Shown here: positions 38,103-40,256 of the stretch, one piece after another
Numbering within the stretch: position 1 is the stretch's first letter
Layout: each line of letters begins with the position of its first letter
Virus record (IMG/VR): IMGVR_UViG_3300028438_000001
DNA: 40,256 nt
Strand: one strand, 5' to 3'
Source of the DNA: a virus
Position numbers and translations under genes: made by a program
The notes under the pieces: generated by a model
Told to the model about the DNA's origin: nothing
Database searches by the model: none
The model's input: only the letters and a program-made list of their open reading frames with translations

Positions 38103-39445
38103 TACTGCCCCTCAAGCATCTGAATAACCTGTTCGGGCGTCATGCCGTATTGCTGTGCCGTGAACTCTATATCGCTCATGTCGTATTGCTGCGACGACGG
38201 CGGAGCGCTTGCCGATGGACTGCCGCCGCCACCTCCCCATGATCCCGTCGCGCCTCCCTCCTGTGGTGATTGAGGCAATCCATCCTGGAACGGAGACATA
38301 TCGAAGCCTTGACGTCCATAAATCCGCAATCGGCGATTCAGTGCGTTTTCGACAATCCGCTGTTGTCTCGCAAGGTTCTGCCGCGCCTGCTTCGGGTTCA
38401 TGCCCGGCGAAATGATCGCCTTTTCGAATTCGGCCTTTTCCGTCTGCGTTAACGCCCCGCCAAAGAGGCTATGCCGCACGTCGTTGATATAGCCCTGGTA
38501 ATCCTGCCACCACTGCGCTTGACCTGGACTAGCCGGATCTCCAAACGTTCGCCCCATCCAGTTCTCAACACGTCCTAACGCCGGATTTCCTGCAAACTCA
38601 TCGACGAATGACTGATTCAAACGCCGCAGCGTATCAAGTTTGTCGAGTTGGCCTGTCAATTCCTTGGTGATCATGTGGCCCGGCGCTTTGAGCGTAGGCC
38701 TATCCGCCGGTCCGCCCGGTATCGGTTCAAGGTTTCCATTCGCGCCCCATCGATAACCGGACGGCGGTTTCGATTGCCCCCCTCCCATCTGCGCGATTCG
38801 CTGGCGTCGCAAATCCAGGGATTCCCGTTGATACGGCGTTATCGGGCGACTTGCCGATAGCTCGGCTTCGGCTTTTTTGCGCTCCAAGTCATACGGCAGT
38901 TTCGCCGCCTCCATCCGCTGCGCCTTGGCGACATCCAGGCCTATACCGCCGCCGGTCAGTCCGTAGAACGCTTGAAGATCCGGTTTTTTGGCCGCCATGT
39001 CCTGAAGCTCGGCAGGATCGAACGCCCCGGTCTGCCCGAGCGATTGCACGAACCGCGGATAAAGTTGCTCAAGCGCCGCCTGGTGCTGCTCCGGCGGTAG
39101 CGTGTCGAGATAGCCGCGCAACCGTTTCGCGCCTTCGACCACGAATTCATGCTTTTTGCCGGCGATATCGGTTTGCGCCTTCCGTGCCTGGACTTGCTTG
39201 TAACCTAGCTCAGCCTGTGCCTTCTGTGAATCCAGTGCGTTTTTTTGAAGCGATAGCGCGGTCGAAGGATCGATCGCCATGATCTCGCGCAAGGTCGTCG
39301 GCGAACCGATATCCGCGTTCGGATTGCTCAATAGCTCGCCTAGCCGGCTTCGAACCTGATTTTGCCGGCGTATCTCGTCCATTTGGTGCAAAGCGCCAGC
39401 GCCCCGCGCCATTTCAGCGAGACTCGGCATGTACGGTGTCGCCAT
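38102..39445 (-). CDS. Internal virion / ejection protein
   Basis: 447 aa. Gln/Ala-rich and coiled-coil, with a Gly-rich C-terminal tract. Lies between two other ejection-type genes. Confidence 0.55.
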   Translation of the reverse strand: MATPYMPSLAEMARGAGALHQMDEIRRQNQVRSRLGELLSNPNADIGSPTTLREIMAIDPSTALSLQKNALDSQKAQAELGYKQVQARKAQTDIAGKKHEFVVEGAKRLRGYLDTLPPEQHQAALEQLYPRFVQSLGQTGAFDPAELQDMAAKKPDLQAFYGLTGGGIGLDVAKAQRMEAAKLPYDLERKKAEAELSASRPITPYQRESLDLRRQRIAQMGGGQSKPPSGYRWGANGNLEPIPGGPADRPTLKAPGHMITKELTGQLDKLDTLRRLNQSFVDEFAGNPALGRVENWMGRTFGDPASPGQAQWWQDYQGYINDVRHSLFGGALTQTEKAEFEKAIISPGMNPKQARQNLARQQRIVENALNRRLRIYGRQGFDMSPFQDGLPQSPQEGGATGSWGGGGGSPSASAPPSSQQYDMSDIEFTAQQYGMTPEQVIQMLEGQ

Positions 39446-39447
39446 GA

Positions 39448-40256
39448 TTACCCCAAAAGACTACCGAATTTAGGTCCGAAATTCTGAAACGCGGTGTTTG
39501 CGCCGAGATTGTTCGCGAACGTGCTTGTATTGCCGCCGCCGCTGCCGCCGCCGCTTCCGCCAAACCCACCGCTGCCCGCATACATGCCTAACGAACCGAT
39601 GCTATTCAATGCGCTGGATAATCCGGAGGCCATCGCATTCGCGCCCATCACGTTGTAATTGCCTGCGGCGTTGACGGCATTCGCCGTGCCCTGATTGTTC
39701 GCTTGTTGGCCTTGAAACGCCAGTTGCGCCAACTGCCCGAGCGTTTGGAGCCCTTGGCCCGATTGACCGGTGAGTTTCCCGAACTTGGCCTCGCGCTCGC
39801 CAACCCGAGCCGTGTAATCCGCCAAATGCCCCGTATAAGCCCGCCCATAGGCCGAATCTAATAGATTCCGGTAGCGGTCGTAAATATTGCCGAATTCGTT
39901 GGAGGCGAAATTCTGGCCATACTGCTGCAAGGCTTTCCCGGTCTGGCCGGATAGCAAGCCGCCGCGCGCCGCCGCGCTGTTTTCCACGATCTTTTGGCCC
40001 TCGTCCCGGCGGAACAGATAGCCGGGATCGGTTTCCCACTTGCCTTCCGAGATCAGCCCTTTGTCGAGCAAGAACTGATAGGTGGGGTCTTTCCGGGCAT
40101 CTTCCGGCGTGAACGAGAATTCGCGCCACAGGTTTTCCGAGAATTCGCCCGGACGCACCGCGCCGCTTTTCTGTACCTCAGCCGCTCGCTGGATATCGGC
40201 CAAGCGCCGCCCGGCGTCGTCCAGGTTTTTCTTGAGCTGTTCCTGCTGCGCCAACC
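39448..40256 (-). CDS. Internal virion / ejection protein, 3' part of the junction-spanning gene (see 1..476)
   Basis: ORF track 39448..40254 has no genuine start at the window edge. The frame continues upstream via the circular junction. Gly-rich C-terminus GSGGFGGSGGGSGGGN. Confidence 0.75.
   Translation of the reverse strand, partial: LAQQEQLKKNLDDAGRRLADIQRAAEVQKSGAVRPGEFSENLWREFSFTPEDARKDPTYQFLLDKGLISEGKWETDPGYLFRRDEGQKIVENSAAARGGLLSGQTGKALQQYGQNFASNEFGNIYDRYRNLLDSAYGRAYTGHLADYTARVGEREAKFGKLTGQSGQGLQTLGQLAQLAFQGQQANNQGTANAVNAAGNYNVMGANAMASGLSSALNSIGSLGMYAGSGGFGGSGGGSGGGNTSTFANNLGANTAFQNFGPKFGSLLG
40130..40256. repeat. Terminal redundancy: identical to 1-127
   Basis: Same 127-nt string as the window start. 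Confidence 0.95.

Overview
The window is a complete, circularly closed temperate phage genome. Bases 1-127 are identical to 40130-40256, so the unique length is 40129 bp, and one gene reads in frame across the junction. The sequence is GC-rich by eye, with several AT-richer accessory patches. The layout is lambdoid/P22-like.

(1) Late operon, minus strand, running from about 14.75 kb down through the junction to about 33.1 kb: embedded Rz/Rz1 spanins, holin-like membrane proteins, TerS, TerL and a P22-type portal. Next comes a five-gene insert with a LamG-like repeat protein, then scaffold and P22-type coat. A GT-A glycosyltransferase is coupled to a small Ig-like protein. These are followed by gp4-like and gp10-like head-completion proteins and three ejection proteins, one carrying an SLT domain. 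A plus-strand lipoprotein moron follows, then tail fibre, Tfa-like chaperone and a membrane protein.

(2) attP-like repeats, a tyrosine integrase and an Xis-like gene lie at 31.5-33.1 kb.

(3) The immunity region lies at 24.9-26.3 kb. It has divergent cro-like and cI-like genes sharing 15-bp ACAAATT..TTTGT operators with a second promoter at 26269, and two cI-operon morons.

(4) Leftward early operon, 24.7 to 18.0 kb: an O-like initiator with six internal iterons, DnaB, DUF1367-like, VRR-NUC, many ATGA-coupled micro-ORFs, an SLT-like protein and a weak Q-like protein.

(5) Rightward early operon, 26.4 to 31.2 kb: a Rad52-like annealase, a Gp157-like protein and zinc-ribbon ORFs.

(6) A reverse-oriented accessory island at 14.76-17.94 kb sits between the Q-like gene and the lysis cassette. 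It is headed by a duplicated 84-bp promoter/operator unit.

Most unusual observations:
- Two tandem paralogous ORFs are built entirely of NNGAGC hexamers (22 and 36 units) and encode Ser-alternating Arg/Trp-rich peptides.
- An orphan protein in the accessory island resembles, by eye only, the CRISPR type I-E small subunit Cse2/CasB.
- A glycosyltransferase is embedded in the head module.
- A 40-bp perfect duplication of the xis 5' end brackets an AT-rich zinc-finger ORF.

All family assignments come from reading the translations. No database search was run.
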